A DNA stretch of 64,000 nt from a virus (Duplodnaviria; Caudoviricetes), in IMG/VR virus record IMGVR_UViG_3300005719_000002, positions 1 to 64,000 of that record. One strand, given 5' to 3'. Position 1 is the first letter of the stretch. Every line of letters begins with the position of its first letter. The notes under the pieces are model-generated. The model was not told where the DNA came from. It worked only from the letters and a program-made list of their open reading frames with translations, and did not search any database. The translations under genes and the position numbers were made by a program. Positions 44,368-57,479 of the stretch are shown piece by piece.

Positions 44368-45411
44368 TCACTTCTCCTTCCCGCTCGGCGGCTCAGGTAG
44401 TGGCGTGTAAACCGTTCCACCCGCCGACTGAATCTTTTCAATAAAGTCTCTCATCGTTGTTCCAGCCTTAATTACCGTTTTGTGGTTAGCCCACTCATCA
44501 GCAGTTAGCCACGCAACCGCTCCTGCGTTAATTTGCTCGACGGAATAATGACTATTGCTGTTTGCTCGCTCAGCAGGTGTTTCTACGTCGCATTCGTATA
44601 CGAGCTTGAAGATTTGCCAAGTGCGCCCATCCTTCTCATTTAACGGGCCGTAAGGCTCACCTGCGTTATGCTCATAAGGCGCATCGTTCCAATCATCGCC
44701 CCATTGCATATTGATTGGCTGAGTAGTGAAATATGCAAACCCATGCTTCACGTAGCAAAGTTGAGCGTCCATCCCGTTCACGCACGGCGGCTGTGGTGAC
44801 GCGGCCCTAAGAATCGCATCCAGTGTGTCGCGGTTTAGAGTGATATTCACAAGCGCATAGTGCTCTGGTCGAAGCTCAGGCAGACAAAGGAACGCATCGC
44901 AAGTAGCTTCCCTGTGGAGTATCTCGCCCTTACAGTTGCCGTGAAGAATCGCCTTAACCAGATGACATTCTTCCTCGGCTGACAACCCCTGCACGGCCTG
45001 TGGTGATGCGGACTGGAGAGCGGCGGCGCATCCTGCTTCGAATGCGCGGTACATCAAATTCTGTATATCTCGCTCACCTGCTGGCCGAAATTCCGTACAA
45101 GGTTCATCGTTCGAATAGCAATGTTCACACTCCCAATGATCGCGATGCCAACTATGCTGAGATTGCAATCCACCACAAATACATTTCGCATCTCGCTCAC
45201 TTGGTACGGCGGGGAACTCGATCCGCGCACCGCAACTGTGGCAGTTCACCGCTTGCGACCGCTCACTTGGTACGGCTTCGACGATGGCGGCGATGCCGTC
45301 AAGTACTGCGGACTCATCGGCGGCGGGATGTTCAAGCAACCCTTCATCGAAGTATCCCTTCGCTCTGATTGCGGCGACGATTCGTTCTGCTGTCTGCTGG
45401 TTAGGTGTCAT
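44368..45411 (-). CDS. Mosaic accessory protein with conserved WGDDWNDAPYEHNAG domain
   Basis: C-terminal motif seen in phage hypotheticals; N-terminal modules joined by VPSER repeats. Confidence 0.7.
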   Translation of the reverse strand: MTPNQQTAERIVAAIRAKGYFDEGLLEHPAADESAVLDGIAAIVEAVPSERSQAVNCHSCGARIEFPAVPSERDAKCICGGLQSQHSWHRDHWECEHCYSNDEPCTEFRPAGERDIQNLMYRAFEAGCAAALQSASPQAVQGLSAEEECHLVKAILHGNCKGEILHREATCDAFLCLPELRPEHYALVNITLNRDTLDAILRAASPQPPCVNGMDAQLCYVKHGFAYFTTQPINMQWGDDWNDAPYEHNAGEPYGPLNEKDGRTWQIFKLVYECDVETPAERANSNSHYSVEQINAGAVAWLTADEWANHKTVIKAGTTMRDFIEKIQSAGGTVYTPLPEPPSGKEK

Positions 45412-45538
45412 AAAATCTCCTTAGGACTTGGATGAACAATAATCTTTGCAGCGGACTGCACGCCCACCACAAACATAGCAATCGGCAGCAACAAAACAAT
45501 TCCAATCAGCAGCAACCAGTCAGTTCCAGTTGGGCGGT

Positions 45539-48500
45539 TCATTTGGGTTCTCGCTTCTTGTCTAATCCAAGCTCGTACTCGTAAAGCGACTGGGCCTCTT
45601 TTTCTGCCTCAGCCAGTTGCGCCCGAAGTGATTCAACTTCAGCGGCGGACTCAGAAGATTTCATTGTGAGCAATTTAATCTCTTCGACGTATCCGCCAAT
45701 TACGTGTTCGGAATGGCGTAGATATGCTGATTGCTCCTGTTTCAGTTGCTCAAGCTGCGCTGCAAGAGTCTCGATACGGCGACCCCATCCCTCGTTCGTG
45801 CGGGTCAGTTCCGCAATCCGCTCTCGCTGCTGATGGTAGAGGGTGATGACAGCCTCAGCCTTCTTTTGCGCGTCTTTAACCGCCGCCCACGGTCGGGCTG
45901 CAAAGAGAGCAGTTATCGCATTGCGCAAATCCGCAATCTCGGCGACTTCGATGGATTGGTCGTCAGTTGGCATTGCTCGCCTCACCTTCAGTTGGTTCAT
46001 CAAAGACGCCTTCAATCGCGGCCATCACAGCATCATCGTTATCCATTTCCGCTCCGCAGATAGGGCGACATTCCCAAATACCCTTAACGCCCTTCTCGTT
46101 GACGCGATGCAAGACACCTCTACATTGAGTCGGTGTTCGCCCGCAAAGCCTACATTGAATCATCTACTCCACCTCTTTCAGTGCGGTGAGAATTTTCACA
46201 AGTTGGCATCTGTGTTTACGCCATTGTTCATGAGTTTCAAATCGAGTGTCACACCTTGCGCAATACCAACAGCCGCTCATACCGCTTCTCCGATTATCAG
46301 GCCGCGAATCGCTCGCAACCGCTCATCAGCATCGCCAAACTCTTGTGCGCTACCCTCATCGCAGATTTCAACGATCTTAGCTAGAAGCGGAGTTGTTGGA
46401 CTTTTCCTGAGAATTCTCAAGGTTTCACCTACCGTCAATAAATCCTTCGACCCTGCGGCTGCGGCATCACGAGCGGCTTCGAGCGCGGCAACGGCGTGGT
46501 TGATTGCTAAGTCGTAAGCCACGTCGTCCTCTGACCCTGTAGGTTCTTCAAGGTGCTCGCCTTTCACAACCTCGATAGCGGCATCCCACACCGCCCTCGG
46601 TGCGGCAGCGTCCTCGAAGTAGCTGAAAGCTTGCGTGATTTCTGCTTTTGTGAAATCAAGCGGATCGCCACTATCACACCCTGCGCCATCAATGCGACTA
46701 TCTGGTACTCCCAGCGAAATCAAATGATCACGAACGCCATCTTGAAAGCGGCGAATCTCGTCATCGTCACTCGGTGCGGCAAGATCGGCGCGCACGTAAA
46801 CATAAACAGGCTTCCCGTTATCGTGGACTTCACGCGGATCAAGTTTGTAGGCGTGTACGGTTACATCGTCAGGGCTTTTGGGAATCTGCACCCAAATCCT
46901 CTCCGGTGCTGCCTGTGCTGGTTGTTCGTCGCTCATTTGGGTTCCACCTCGCGCGCCACGAGCTTACGCATCAACGGCGCATTGTTTACTTTGCCTCGAT
47001 ACTTGGACTGATGCTCGTGCTTTCTCCACTCGCATCGCTGCGGACAGGTATAGGTATCACGGATTATGTGACCGCAGCCGTCAACGCCATCGCAGATTTG
47101 AATTTTATACGTCTTAGTGCTGCTCATTTGTTCTCCAATTCCGCCGCGATAATGCCCTCCAGTTCGTCAAGCGGAATGCTGCCAGTAAAGCGATGTCGCC
47201 ACTTGTCGATAATCTTTTCCGCAGCACGACGCACTGGTTCAGGTGGAGCGGCGGCTGTGCAGATTTTGCATTCGTCTCTTTCTGCTCCATGCACACAGCC
47301 GTCATCGAAATAATCGTCCGCCGCTGGCTCAACTGAGTGAACCGCTGCGTCCGGCTTAAAGCCAGTTCCGTTACATCCTTTGCAGTCCTTCTTGCCGCCG
47401 ACAGTCCAACCCTGTAATCGACCATCTGGCAGACGGCGAAGAATCGGAGGTCCATATCGCGAGATCGCACCACCCAGCCCGCCACACTCAGGACATACTT
47501 GCTGCTGCCGTACTTCTGGGCGTGGCGGCTCGACAAACTCATGGCTTGGATACCGCTCTGCATGGTGTCGCCTCACGCCGTCACAGAACATGTTCGCTGA
47601 GAGGCGATAGACACATTTGTCGTCTGGGCCTGGCGCTACTTCGCGCTCTGAGTCGAGTACGGGTGATGATTTCTGGTCGCGGAAGTTGATATTCAAGAGA
47701 CAGCTAATCTTGTGAATGTTTACGCTCCTGCACTCTCGGCATGGGCGTGGCGTGGTGTCGTTGGTCATCACTTTTTCTCCAGTGGTTTCGCGCACTCCGG
47801 GCAAACAATTTCACCGTCAAGATTGCGCCAGCCCTTTCTGCTGAATTCTTTCAAGGCGGTAGGTTTCTGCGCTGCCAGCGATTCTTGGGAAGCCTCGCAC
47901 AGTAGACACTGAATGATGTAGTGAATGCCGTCGATAATGTCGCTGCTTAGGGGCTCGGTGTCGTTGGCTGAGTTGTGCGTGGTCATCGTGGTATGTCTAC
48001 CTTTCCGCATCGGCAGCGAGTTCCGGCTACGTCTGCGTTGTAATCGGCCCACTTTAGTTCGGCGCGATGATTCGTCAGTCGAGCACAAAGACGTTCAGGG
48101 TAATTCGCCAACGTGCGACTTGGCACCGTGCCAAAGGTGTATTGATAACTAAACCACCAATCAAGAATCAAAATAAGTAGCTTCATCGCTTCTCCTGCTG
48201 CTGCTCGTTACGTTCCCACTGAGGACAATTAGACTGAAGCCGCTCGCTTAAATCGATTTCCTTTTCGCAGTAACGTACTTTGTGCGGTTGCCCAAATACC
48301 GCATCTCCAAATTGATGCCCCATGTATTCCTCTTCGTAGTCAGTTGTGAGGTGTTTGCACGTTGCGCAAGCCTTTTGGTTGGGGTTATGAAAGCAGCGAG
48401 TCTCGTGCTTCTCCATACTTTTGCGCGAGGTCGTCACGTTCCGATGACAACCAAACTCACAAGCAAAAGCTCTTACGACTCGCGGCATTCAACCCTCCTC

Positions 48501-49790
48501 ACCTTCTGCCTCAGTTCCCTTGGCTGGAAGCGCGAAATAACTATCAATGAACTTCAGAGCAATCGGATGTGCGCAGCCAACTTCGCGTATTCCGCTGATT
48601 ACCTGACCGGCTATGTATCGTCCCATTCGTTCGCGGGTATTGAACCATTCTGGCTGTTGACCGACATGCTCATTCTCTTTGTAGCCGCCGTCCTCAAGTG
48701 TTATCGCAACGGTTTGCCTGTCCCAAACAACGGCTACATCGTCAGCGGCAGGAATAAATTCTTGAAGCCATTTCATCAGCGCATTTAGGTGGTTGTCTGT
48801 GCGCAAAATCTTAGGCAGGGCTTCTATACAAGCGTTCACGTCTGATTGACGTTTCACAATCTCCCGATCTCGCGCAGCCTTGGCTTGCCTTCCTTCGGGC
48901 GACTCGCGGTAAGCACGTTGCTGTTCTTCGAGAATTGCGCGCCACCGATTTACGATGACTTGAGGATCGTCCGCTGGTAACGCTTGCAAGGCGATGCCGT
49001 TAAACGAAAAGCGCACGGCGTCGTTAGCCTGAGACGCTAAAGCAACGGCGTCGGCACACGCCTTGTCGATGCAAGTTCCTGCCGATGGTTCAAATGTTGC
49101 CATCTTCTCAACCTCATCTCCCTCCAGCACAGCGAGACTCTATGCGCTGCACGAGCTTGGCAGTTATAAAAGCCGATGCAGCAAAATAAATTGACATTGC
49201 CGTCCAAAGGGCAAGCGTCAAAATAATTACAGTTGACCATGTTGCTGGTTTCTCACCCATGATTCATGCCTCACCTCTCGACTTGTTTGAGAATTGCTTG
49301 CGCCAACCGCCGCAACGTAGTTACGCCCGATAGCGTAGCGAAGCAAAACTTGTCATCTTCGGCGTCGTTGCCAATCCACAAATAACTGCGCTCGCCATCT
49401 TCGACCAAATGAATCTTTGGGTTGTTTGGTAGGCGACTCAGGTGCTCGCCTTCTTGAAGTTTGAAATTAGCCATCGTTTAACCTCACTTCTCGCCTCGAA
49501 ACTTCCCGCAAATACGGCAAACGTAACGACCGATGGAATTCATCACGCCGCAAGAACACTTCCACTGCTTCTCACCCATGATTAGCCTCACCTTCGATGC
49601 GCTCAATTTCGACAATCACATTGTTTAGTTCGTTCTGTAGTTTCCACTTCTCATCAAGTTCGCTGTCGGTGTAACTAGCGCGGCGACCGTGGCGCTCAAT
49701 CTTTGCTAGCGCGCGTTCAATCTCATCGTTGCGGCAATACAAATCTTCTAATCGCTCTATGCGCTCTTGGTCTGTCAGTTTCTTAGCCAT
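45539..49790 (-). other. Block of small accessory ORFs (45539-46015, 45963-46163, 46277-46936, 46933-47127, 47124-47804, 48183-48488, 48489-49130, 49271-49474, 49572-49790)
   Basis: Tightly packed minus-strand ORFs with ATGA/GTGA overlaps and GAGG SDs; no function recognisable. Confidence 0.65.
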
Positions 49791-49859
49791 TACCAGCCCT
49801 CACCTTCTGCCCGAATTGCGGCTGCGATGGCCGATGCGATGACATCCGCAACGGCGGCC

Positions 49860-50093
49860 TTAGACCATCCGCCCAGATAACGAGCGGGCTGAGTTTGCGG
49901 AGACGCGGGTGTTCCACGCCGTGATCGCTTCCTCCCAACTATGGCCTTCACGTCCGACGACACAGGCAGGACAACCGATCATGTAGCGAGCGGCGTCGCC
50001 GTAGCCGAGTTCTCGAATGTCGCGCCGGAACGCTGCCCCGCCACAAAACGGACACGGCAAAAGACTCGGTGTTGCTTCTGCTTCTCTACTCAC
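49860..50093 (-). CDS. Lar-family restriction alleviation protein
   Basis: LLPCPFCGG...CPAC...EEAITAWNTR. Confidence 0.75.
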   Translation of the reverse strand: MSREAEATPSLLPCPFCGGAAFRRDIRELGYGDAARYMIGCPACVVGREGHSWEEAITAWNTRVSANSARSLSGRMV

Positions 50094-51491
50094 GAATCCT
50101 CCTCTGCGATCATCGCTTCGCTTGGTGTGTCCTGACCGAAGTTGGCATTGCGTACTAACTTACGAGCCTCTGCGAATGAATAGCGTCCCGCATCGCGACG
50201 CTTCGACACGTACCCCTCGCGATCCGCGTCCCACCACGCCTCATGTTCAATACTCCAAATCAGCCAATTGTCTACTTCTCTACTGGACATTACCTATGCC
50301 ACCTTTCGTGCTGCTTCAGGGCTAGTTCTCAGTTAAGTTAATTTTCGGTTGCTGCGGAAGTATTAGTGGATTGGGCGCAGGATGCCGCAGTTGTCGTGCG
50401 GCTTCACGAGACTCCTGCTCCAGCTCTTTTAATTCATCATAACGACGAGCGCTTATCTCGAGCGGCCCGTTGCGGTATTCTTGAATTTCATCGGCACAAT
50501 TAACCAGTAAACTAGCAATTTCTTCATTACTGAATCTTAGCGGTTCGCTACTCATACTCCTCCTATACCAAGGACTCAGTACCCCAACCAGACGAAATCG
50601 CCTGTCCTCAGGGTCTTGTTTGAAATCAAATAATCTACTCATGCGACTTTCCTTGCTGCTTCGTCGGTGATACGCCGCTGGATTTCGTCGCAGAAGTCGA
50701 GCCGCTGCGCATTGGCCTTGTCCCGGTCGATGAAGTCTGACTGGTACAGCTCCCACGGCACGTTGGCGCACTCAGGGTCGCCATCATCGATCACCGTCAG
50801 GATGATGCGCCGCAAGGCTGCCAGGTCGGTTGTGGTTAGATTAGAGAGCGCCATTAGTGATTAACCCCTCTGCAAACAGGATCGTCAAGTTCGATTTCCG
50901 CTTTACCGCAATTGGCGCACACCGCCAACCCACCATCGCACACCGGACACTGGCGATCTTCGTAATGCGTGAAGGTGCAAGTCTCGCGTGTAAGCAGAAC
51001 GTGCTTGCGTGGCGATTCATCTACCGTTGTCGTTGCCATCAGTCGTAGCCCCCATCGCGCCCACCAGCGGTCAACCGCGTCGGCTTGGTGGGTGGTTAAC
51101 AGTATCACTCACCCTCCAGAATCTTTCCATCTGTGCGGAGGATTGCCTTGAGAAGATCGACAGCTACTGCGGCTTGCTTTCGCCGTGTTGTAGCTTTTCG
51201 GTATTGAGTTCTGAAAGGTTCAGGCCACCTGCTTCCTTGAACGTTAAAAATGGCGTAGCGAGAATCAATGCCCATTAACTCGAACGGATCGTAGTGACGG
51301 CCAAGGGCGAACTTGATGCCCTCCGCCTCGGTTCGCTTGGAGCAGATCGCAGCCTCTCCCGCCAGACACGCAACCGTGCCACAAGGCGCGGAGTCGCTTT
51401 CCTCTGCGTACATGGCGCCTTGGTCGTAACTTAAAGGCTTTGTCTCGATCCGCTTGATCATTTTTCTAATGAGCGGTTTGTTCAGCTTCAT
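50090..51491 (-). other. Block of small accessory ORFs (50090-50290, about 50322-50642, 50639-50854, 50854-51108, 51105-51491)
   Basis: Packed ORFs; last gene has GGAGG SD and promoter TTGACA(51548-51543)-17-TACTCT. Confidence 0.6.
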
Positions 51492-51519
51492 CGTGTTATC
51501 CTCCCAGCATTGCAAGGGG

Positions 51520-51613
51520 AGAGTAGCAAAGTGGAAAATGGATGTCAAGGGAAAAGTGTAATCCATTCCAAATTATTTTAACTGTTGACTTGGAACTGAT
51601 TTTACTTTAGGAT
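51520..51613. promoter_or_regulatory. Divergent sigma70 promoter pair with 19 bp imperfect inverted repeat
   Basis: Minus TTGACA-17-TACTCT; plus TTGACT(51585)-17-TAGGAT(51608); IR 51553-51571 / 51590-51608 (15/19). Confidence 0.7.
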
Positions 51614-51621
51614 TCGCCATT

Positions 51622-51819
51622 ATGGGTGATTTCCTGACAGTTCCACAGTTTGCTGAGAAGATGGGATTGGGGCAGACGGCGGTTTACAAAGCCATCGAAC
51701 AGAACCGCGTTCAGCACGCTAAAATCCTTGGCCGCATTGGCATTCCCAGAACAGAGTTGCGGCGATTTAAGAAGCGCAAAAACGGCGATCTATCCAAAGT
51801 CTTAAAAGCAACAGCTTGA
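51622..51819 (+). CDS. HTH_17/excisionase-like regulator, probably leaderless
   Basis: FLTVPQFAEKMGLGQTAVYKAIEQNRV; ATG 9 nt after the -10 box, no SD. Confidence 0.75.
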   Translation: MGDFLTVPQFAEKMGLGQTAVYKAIEQNRVQHAKILGRIGIPRTELRRFKKRKNGDLSKVLKATA

Positions 51820-51850
51820 GCTATTTCAAGGGGTTCTCTCGCTTGACCCG

Positions 51851-54800
51851 CTATCGCTTCCCGGCAGCCACCGATTTCGCCGCTCGACTGACTGCCTTCA
51901 CTCCCTGGTTCCTCGCATCAAGTACTCGTGCAAGGTGGTCGCGGTCGAGATACTCCGCTCGTGTCGCATGATGGACGGCCAGCCGCGCCAGGGAACTCAG
52001 CGGTTTCCAGCACCAGATAACCTTGGAACGGATAACGCAGCTCCGGTGGGTTGCGACGCCTTTGGGGAGACGGAGTGGTTCGACGAGTTGGATTTTGGGT
52101 GATGGGTTCATGGCTTCTCTTTCTTGGCGTTCAGTATTCATCAGGGTTACGGCTTCAACCCGCTATCGCTTGGGTTTCAATCGCCTACCGTCTCACTTTC
52201 AACCCAAATCCTGTCGCGCCTGCCATTACAATGCCGCCAAGAACATCCATGAAGAATCCACGCCACGGGTGCTCTCGATGGATTCGCGCCCACGCCATCG
52301 CAGCGGTTAGTTCGCTTAAGTTGCGAGCATTGCGGAAGCCCTCAAGTTCCCGCTCATTAATCTCTTCTCTGGTTAGTAAAAGTTTCATTACTATCTCCGT
52401 TTCAATCGCCCTGCCGCATTTGGGTGCATCGCTGAGCTTCCCTATCTGCGCTGGTTAGCTCACCCAAACACCGAGGGCAGAGCGACCGCTCAGGTATCGA
52501 TTCTCGGCGTTTGCGCGCCCTGTGGCTGGCGAGACGGCCTAAATTGGGCTTGGACACAGCATCAATCTTCATAAGCCATGTCCTCGGCGTCGTCATCTCG
52601 CTGCTCGGCTGCCGCGCTGGCTTGGCATCGCGGGCAGTCTCCGTTCTCATCGAGGAGCATACCGTCAACGTCGCAGTATTCGGATGGTCGCGCCTCAAGG
52701 ATTAGATTTTCATCAGGTCGATGGTAAATGTAACCCTGCGTGTCGTATTCATCGGGTCGCGTAATGCTCGCATAGTTACTGCTGTCGCTATCCCACAGGC
52801 ATTTCTCGCAAACACCATCAGACTGAACGCGACGACGGCCACAGTTCGGGCAATCGACAGGGCGATAGCCTGGCTGCGAGTAATGCTCATCAGCGAACGC
52901 TCGGTAATGCCGCCCACTCCCCGGCACAAGGCGATCCGAGGCGTCACCGGCGGCATAAAGCGCGTCTCTCAAGATATCGTTAGTGCCCATGGTTGTCTCC
53001 TCCCTAATTCAAGATATGTTCGATTCTCAATTCACTGTCAGCTTCTACAGACAGGCTGGCATTATCGAACGTGAGAATGATCAGTCCTTCGTCAGCCCAG
53101 CATTCAACTTTTTGCAACCGCTGGCCGACCATTGAGCCAAGCGAATCTTTCAGGGCTTGAACCTTCGCCTGAGTCGCTTCTTGATGTTGAATGCGTAATT
53201 CTTCCAGTGTCATCGCACCGCCCCTGAGCCGCTATCGCCTTTCGTCTGCTGGTCTGAATCTTCCGCGCCGCCGTCATTGTTGCGTGACGGTCGGGCGCAA
53301 GGTTCAGGCTGCTGTCAGTGCTTCCGGTTTCAAGCGAAAATAACAGACACAACCCACGCCAACACGTTTCCGTGTATCGGTATAGTAATCGTATCGGGTA
53401 ACATAATTCTTTGGCTCTTTCCGTGCTTCGGCCAATCCCCAAAATGCCAGAGTCTCAGCTACCCAAAACAAGTCAGGATCGCCACGATCAACATTGGCGC
53501 TTACGTTGAGCCAGTCCGTTGACAGTTTCGCAGCGTGTCCGAGAATCCATTCTGCGTTTTCTTGCGCCGCGCTTCGGCTGGTTTGCGGGTAATGGTTTGG
53601 GTCAGCGGTAATTTCCCGCACTCGTTGCTCTAGCTGTGTCATTTCAGTTTTCACCTTTCAGGCTGCCACTTGTTGCGCTCGTCGCGTCCGTTCTCGCTGT
53701 TGCTTTCTTAGTTCCAGCTCTTTGGCTGTCGCGTCTAATTCACCCTGCATCGCGGCTTTCCGCGCTTGATAATCGGCAGTTGCCTGATTAGCGCGAATGG
53801 CGCGTGTCAGTGCGTCGATTATTTTCGGCTCGTCAGTGTCGATATTGAACACGTGCGAGATGCCGCGGAAGTTACCAAAGAAGCTAACCGTTCCGGCTGG
53901 ATATAGCGGCTTGAGCGTGTCCCATGCCACAGGATCGGGCGTGATAAAATTCCCGTAATTCTCGAAAGACGGATCAAGCGTGTACTCTGCCAACACTTCA
54001 AGTAATTTCTCGATTGAATCGGGCGCTTGCCCTGCCCATTTACTACCGTTGGATTGAATGTTGATCATGGCGCTTCTCCTGTTAGTTTCCCGATCCCTGT
54101 CGAGAATCAGTTGGGCTGGGATTAGCCGTGAGTATCTAATTGATCAACAGCCTGCACAACCGAGCCAAGTTGTCGAGATGAAAGTCCGAACGTGGCACGC
54201 AGAGATGGTAGATAGATTGAAAAGACCTCATTGCGCGGTGTCTGCGCTCTTTGCTCAATCCAATACCAAAAAGCCGCTCGCTCTAAGATTCCTAACTTGC
54301 GAGCTATTTTATGGGCGCGTGGTGGTATTCTGCGCATTGTTCATTGCTCCCTTCTCGTGCTTGGCACGCTGGTTAATTGATTGCTGGTCTCAAGTGCGCT
54401 TCCCAATACGGATCGAAAGCAAAAGGAATATCGATCCATCGGCCACCCTCAACTTGATTCGTGAAAAACGAGCACATGCCCCAGCCGGTTAGTTGTTTTT
54501 CTTGCTTCCATTCAGCAATCACGGCGGCAGCTTCCGGCGTGTAGCGGACATATAAATCGCTATAATGCGATGAAATATCCCCTGGGCGCATCGCGCTCTG
54601 TAATCGTTGGTATAGGCTTTGTTCGCTCATGGTCTGTTCATCCTTTCATTCGCTGCTTAGTACGTGGCGCAATCCTCAGCGAAGATCGCGCCTGCCTACC
54701 AAGCGGCTCCGTCTAATTCAACGGCAACCCGCTAACGCGATAGCATCGCTCGCCATCGAGGGTTTCAACGTCAACGGTGCCCATTCCGTGAATGCGATAT

Positions 54801-56209
54801 ACGCGGCACTTCTGACCGTAAACTGTGATAATGTCTCCGATTTTCATGTTATCTATTCTCCTTTGCCTGCTGTGGTTGAGTAGTTGCTTAGTCGTACATG
54901 CCGAAATAATGAATCTTTGACTCTGCGGCGCGTTTTGCTTCATCGGCTATCGCTGCTTCTTTTCGCGCCTCGCGCACGAATTCTGCGGTATAATCAGACC
55001 GATATGCGGGCGCATCGTACAAACCAGTCAGAACGCCATTTTGCAAGTGGCCGATGTAAAGTGTCGCCTCTGCATAGCTGGCAACCTGGTAATCATTTTG
55101 CGGCGTCCAATTCTTGCCTCTCGTGCATTTGCTGGTTTTGACATTCAGCACGACGTTGTAGCCGTGGCCGGTTGAGTACCACGAATGAGCATCGCCGTTT
55201 GATTGCTGAATTGACGGCGGCAAAGCCTCTTGAACCTTTTTCAATAGTGAGCCGTCAGCCTTGCAAACCTTTTGCCCAACAAACGGGCGCAAGGCATCTG
55301 CCGCGGCCTGATAACTTTCATTAGCGAGCGCGTTGACTTCATTGCGCGCTGCGATCTTAGCGTCTAGCTCGTTGTCGTAGATTTTCATCATTGTCCCTCT
55401 CCTGTTGGTTGATATTGACTGCTGTGATAACTCAGAACCGCACCTTGCGCCTTACGTGCTTATCTTGCGCTTTCGGCAATAAGCTGCGCATTCACCTATT
55501 GAGTACTAACTCAAGCATTAACTTATCGGCTTCCCTCAGGGTAAACCCTAGAAGTCAAGATGCGGGTTTCAGTTATCAGCACAATTAGAGACTCGCGGTT
55601 GAATCATTGTTTGACGACATAATCGCCGCTGGCGTATTCGTCTTTGAATCGAGATACGTCCGCACTGCTTATCAGGCCGTTGCGTTCCATAACGTCAAGC
55701 GCCTTGTAAACCTTCTCCTGTTCGGTCCCTTGTGTTTGATCGGCCACGAGGGTATTGACAAAATCACCAATAGTGCCCGTGACTTTTGTGCGAGATTGTT
55801 TCAGCATAACCGTTTCCTTTCTGCGAGTCCCTAACTGTACTGATAATCTATCTATCCTTGACCACGCACAGAACACTTGCTGTAACTACGTGGCTGCAAT
55901 GTCAAATATCGGAGTCTTTCCCACGCCTAAGCCTACTCACTCCGAATAGGCAAAGGGATGGGAAAGTTAGAGCGCGGCCAATAGTTCAGCAGGCTTATCC
56001 CAGCCGTAAGTTACCAGCTCCCAAGATAGCCACTCAGGATTCTCGCCATATTCAGCAACAAGGCTTTGCAACCGTGGTCGCAATGGCGTTTTGAAAACCA
56101 ATTCATAGGCTGACTCATAATCCATTCCACCCATGATGCGCGCTCCGGCTGGAGTCATTCGCAGGGTTTGTTTCGCAATGCGCATCTGATGTTTTTGAGG
56201 TATGTCCAT
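51851..56209 (-). other. Early-type region of small ORFs (51851-52141, 52185-52388, 52562-52990, 53004-53213, 53304-53654, 53658-54068, 54373-54630, 54888-55391, 55604-55876, 55967-56209)
   Basis: Minus-strand ORFs, many with AGGAGA SDs, separated by non-coding gaps. Confidence 0.65.
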
Positions 56210-56233
56210 TTTTGCTTCTCCTTTACAAACCGC

Positions 56234-56304
56234 ATCCTATACCTATTATTTGTCGCTGTCAAGGATTATTTGCGCTTGACAAGAAAATAATTTTCAGGTA
56301 ATAT
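56234..56304. promoter_or_regulatory. Divergent sigma70 promoter pair
   Basis: Minus TTGACA(56262-56257)-17-TAGGAT; plus TTGACA(56276)-17-TAATAT(56299). Confidence 0.75.
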
Positions 56305-56311
56305 AAAAGCT

Positions 56312-56545
56312 GTGAGTTTGCTAACGATTAGTGAGGTTGCGGAGCTAAAAGGCGTGTCGCGGCAGGCTATTTGGGCGGCAATCGAGGCCGGACGCCTTGA
56401 AACCGTGACCGTGGACGTGCCCAGCGTCCGCGTGTCGTTAAAGGCAGCAAAGGAGTTTACACCCAACCCAAAGCGGCAAGCGGCTGGGAAACGAAGCGCC
56501 CAAGCTCGAAACGGTCAAACCGGCAAATCCCAACTTTCCCCTTGA
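56312..56545 (+). CDS. HTH_17-like regulator, probably leaderless
   Basis: LLTISEVAELKGVSRQAIWAAIEAGRL; GTG 8 nt after the -10 box. Confidence 0.75.
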   Translation: MSLLTISEVAELKGVSRQAIWAAIEAGRLETVTVDVPSVRVSLKAAKEFTPNPKRQAAGKRSAQARNGQTGKSQLSP

Positions 56546-56585
56546 TTCTCTCCGGTGATTCAGGCTAGAGTTTGACGCAGGGTGA

Positions 56586-57098
56586 ATGAGTCAACGGTTA
56601 CACTATCGGCATCGGCAATTCCTGGCGAACTATATTCTGCTGGCCGGGAACGGCGTCCAAGCCGTCTACGCCGCCGGATACAAACAAGGCTATGACTCGG
56701 CTTGCGTGACCGCATCTCGCCTGCTAAGGAACGCTAAGGTGGCTTCTGAACTGGAAAAACACGCCAATAAAGCTGCGATGAGCGCCGATAGCGTTATCAG
56801 TGAACTGTCTGGCATCGCCCAAGTTGATACTCCAATTGACGGTAATCAACGATTAAAAGCCTTAGAATTGCTTGGTAAATTCCATAAACTATTCGTTGAT
56901 CGCTCTGAATCATCCGTTGTGACCGCATCGGCTGGCGATTTCACCGCAGCTCGCACTAAATTCGCCGATGCCTGGTTGCAGCGAACTAACTGCTCCCCAG
57001 CCGAAGCCGAAGCCAAAGCGCTCGAAGCCTTTCCCGACCTAACTCCAATAAAATCAACGGTTTCCGAAGTCCAGCCGGAAACGGATGCGGTATCGTGA
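56586..57098 (+). CDS. terS: Terminase small subunit
   Basis: F...Y....N..QA...AGY......ASRLLRN..V...L, ...V..EL..IA, R.KALELLGKF..LF.DR. Confidence 0.85.
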   Translation: MSQRLHYRHRQFLANYILLAGNGVQAVYAAGYKQGYDSACVTASRLLRNAKVASELEKHANKAAMSADSVISELSGIAQVDTPIDGNQRLKALELLGKFHKLFVDRSESSVVTASAGDFTAARTKFADAWLQRTNCSPAEAEAKALEAFPDLTPIKSTVSEVQPETDAVS

Positions 57099-57430
57099 CA
57101 CCTACTCACCAGTACGGTCTAAGTCTAGCTCTATCAACTAGATAGACAGCCAATCAGCCTACTATCTAACATAATGGACATTATCAGACGCATCAAGGGT
57201 TAACCTATTGGTGTGTATAGGGTTAGAGTATAGCACAGAGCTGCGCACAGGCGCGCTATGGCGCATGAGCACGCGATGACTATGGCTCGCTACGCCTCGC
57301 CAGCACCAAGCGGCTAATACCCTGCAACCAATAGAGCGCAAAGGGGTTAGGGGTGTCAGATGGAACGATGCGTGTTAACCGGTGAGCGGTGACGGATGAC
57401 ACCACGTGAAAGACTGTGCAAATTCTCCAA

Positions 57431-57479
57431 GAGACTCCTTGTTTGGGACTCCGGTGTGGGACTCCTGAAAAGGAACTCT
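57431..57479 (+). repeat. Four GxGACTCC-like direct repeats at 13-14 nt period
   Basis: GAGACTCC 57431, GGGACTCC 57445, GGGACTCC 57458, GGAACTCT 57472. Confidence 0.7.

Noticed and set aside
51622-51819. Excisionase as proof of an integrating prophage
   Set aside because: HTH_17 proteins are often plain regulators; no integrase or att site is identifiable in the window
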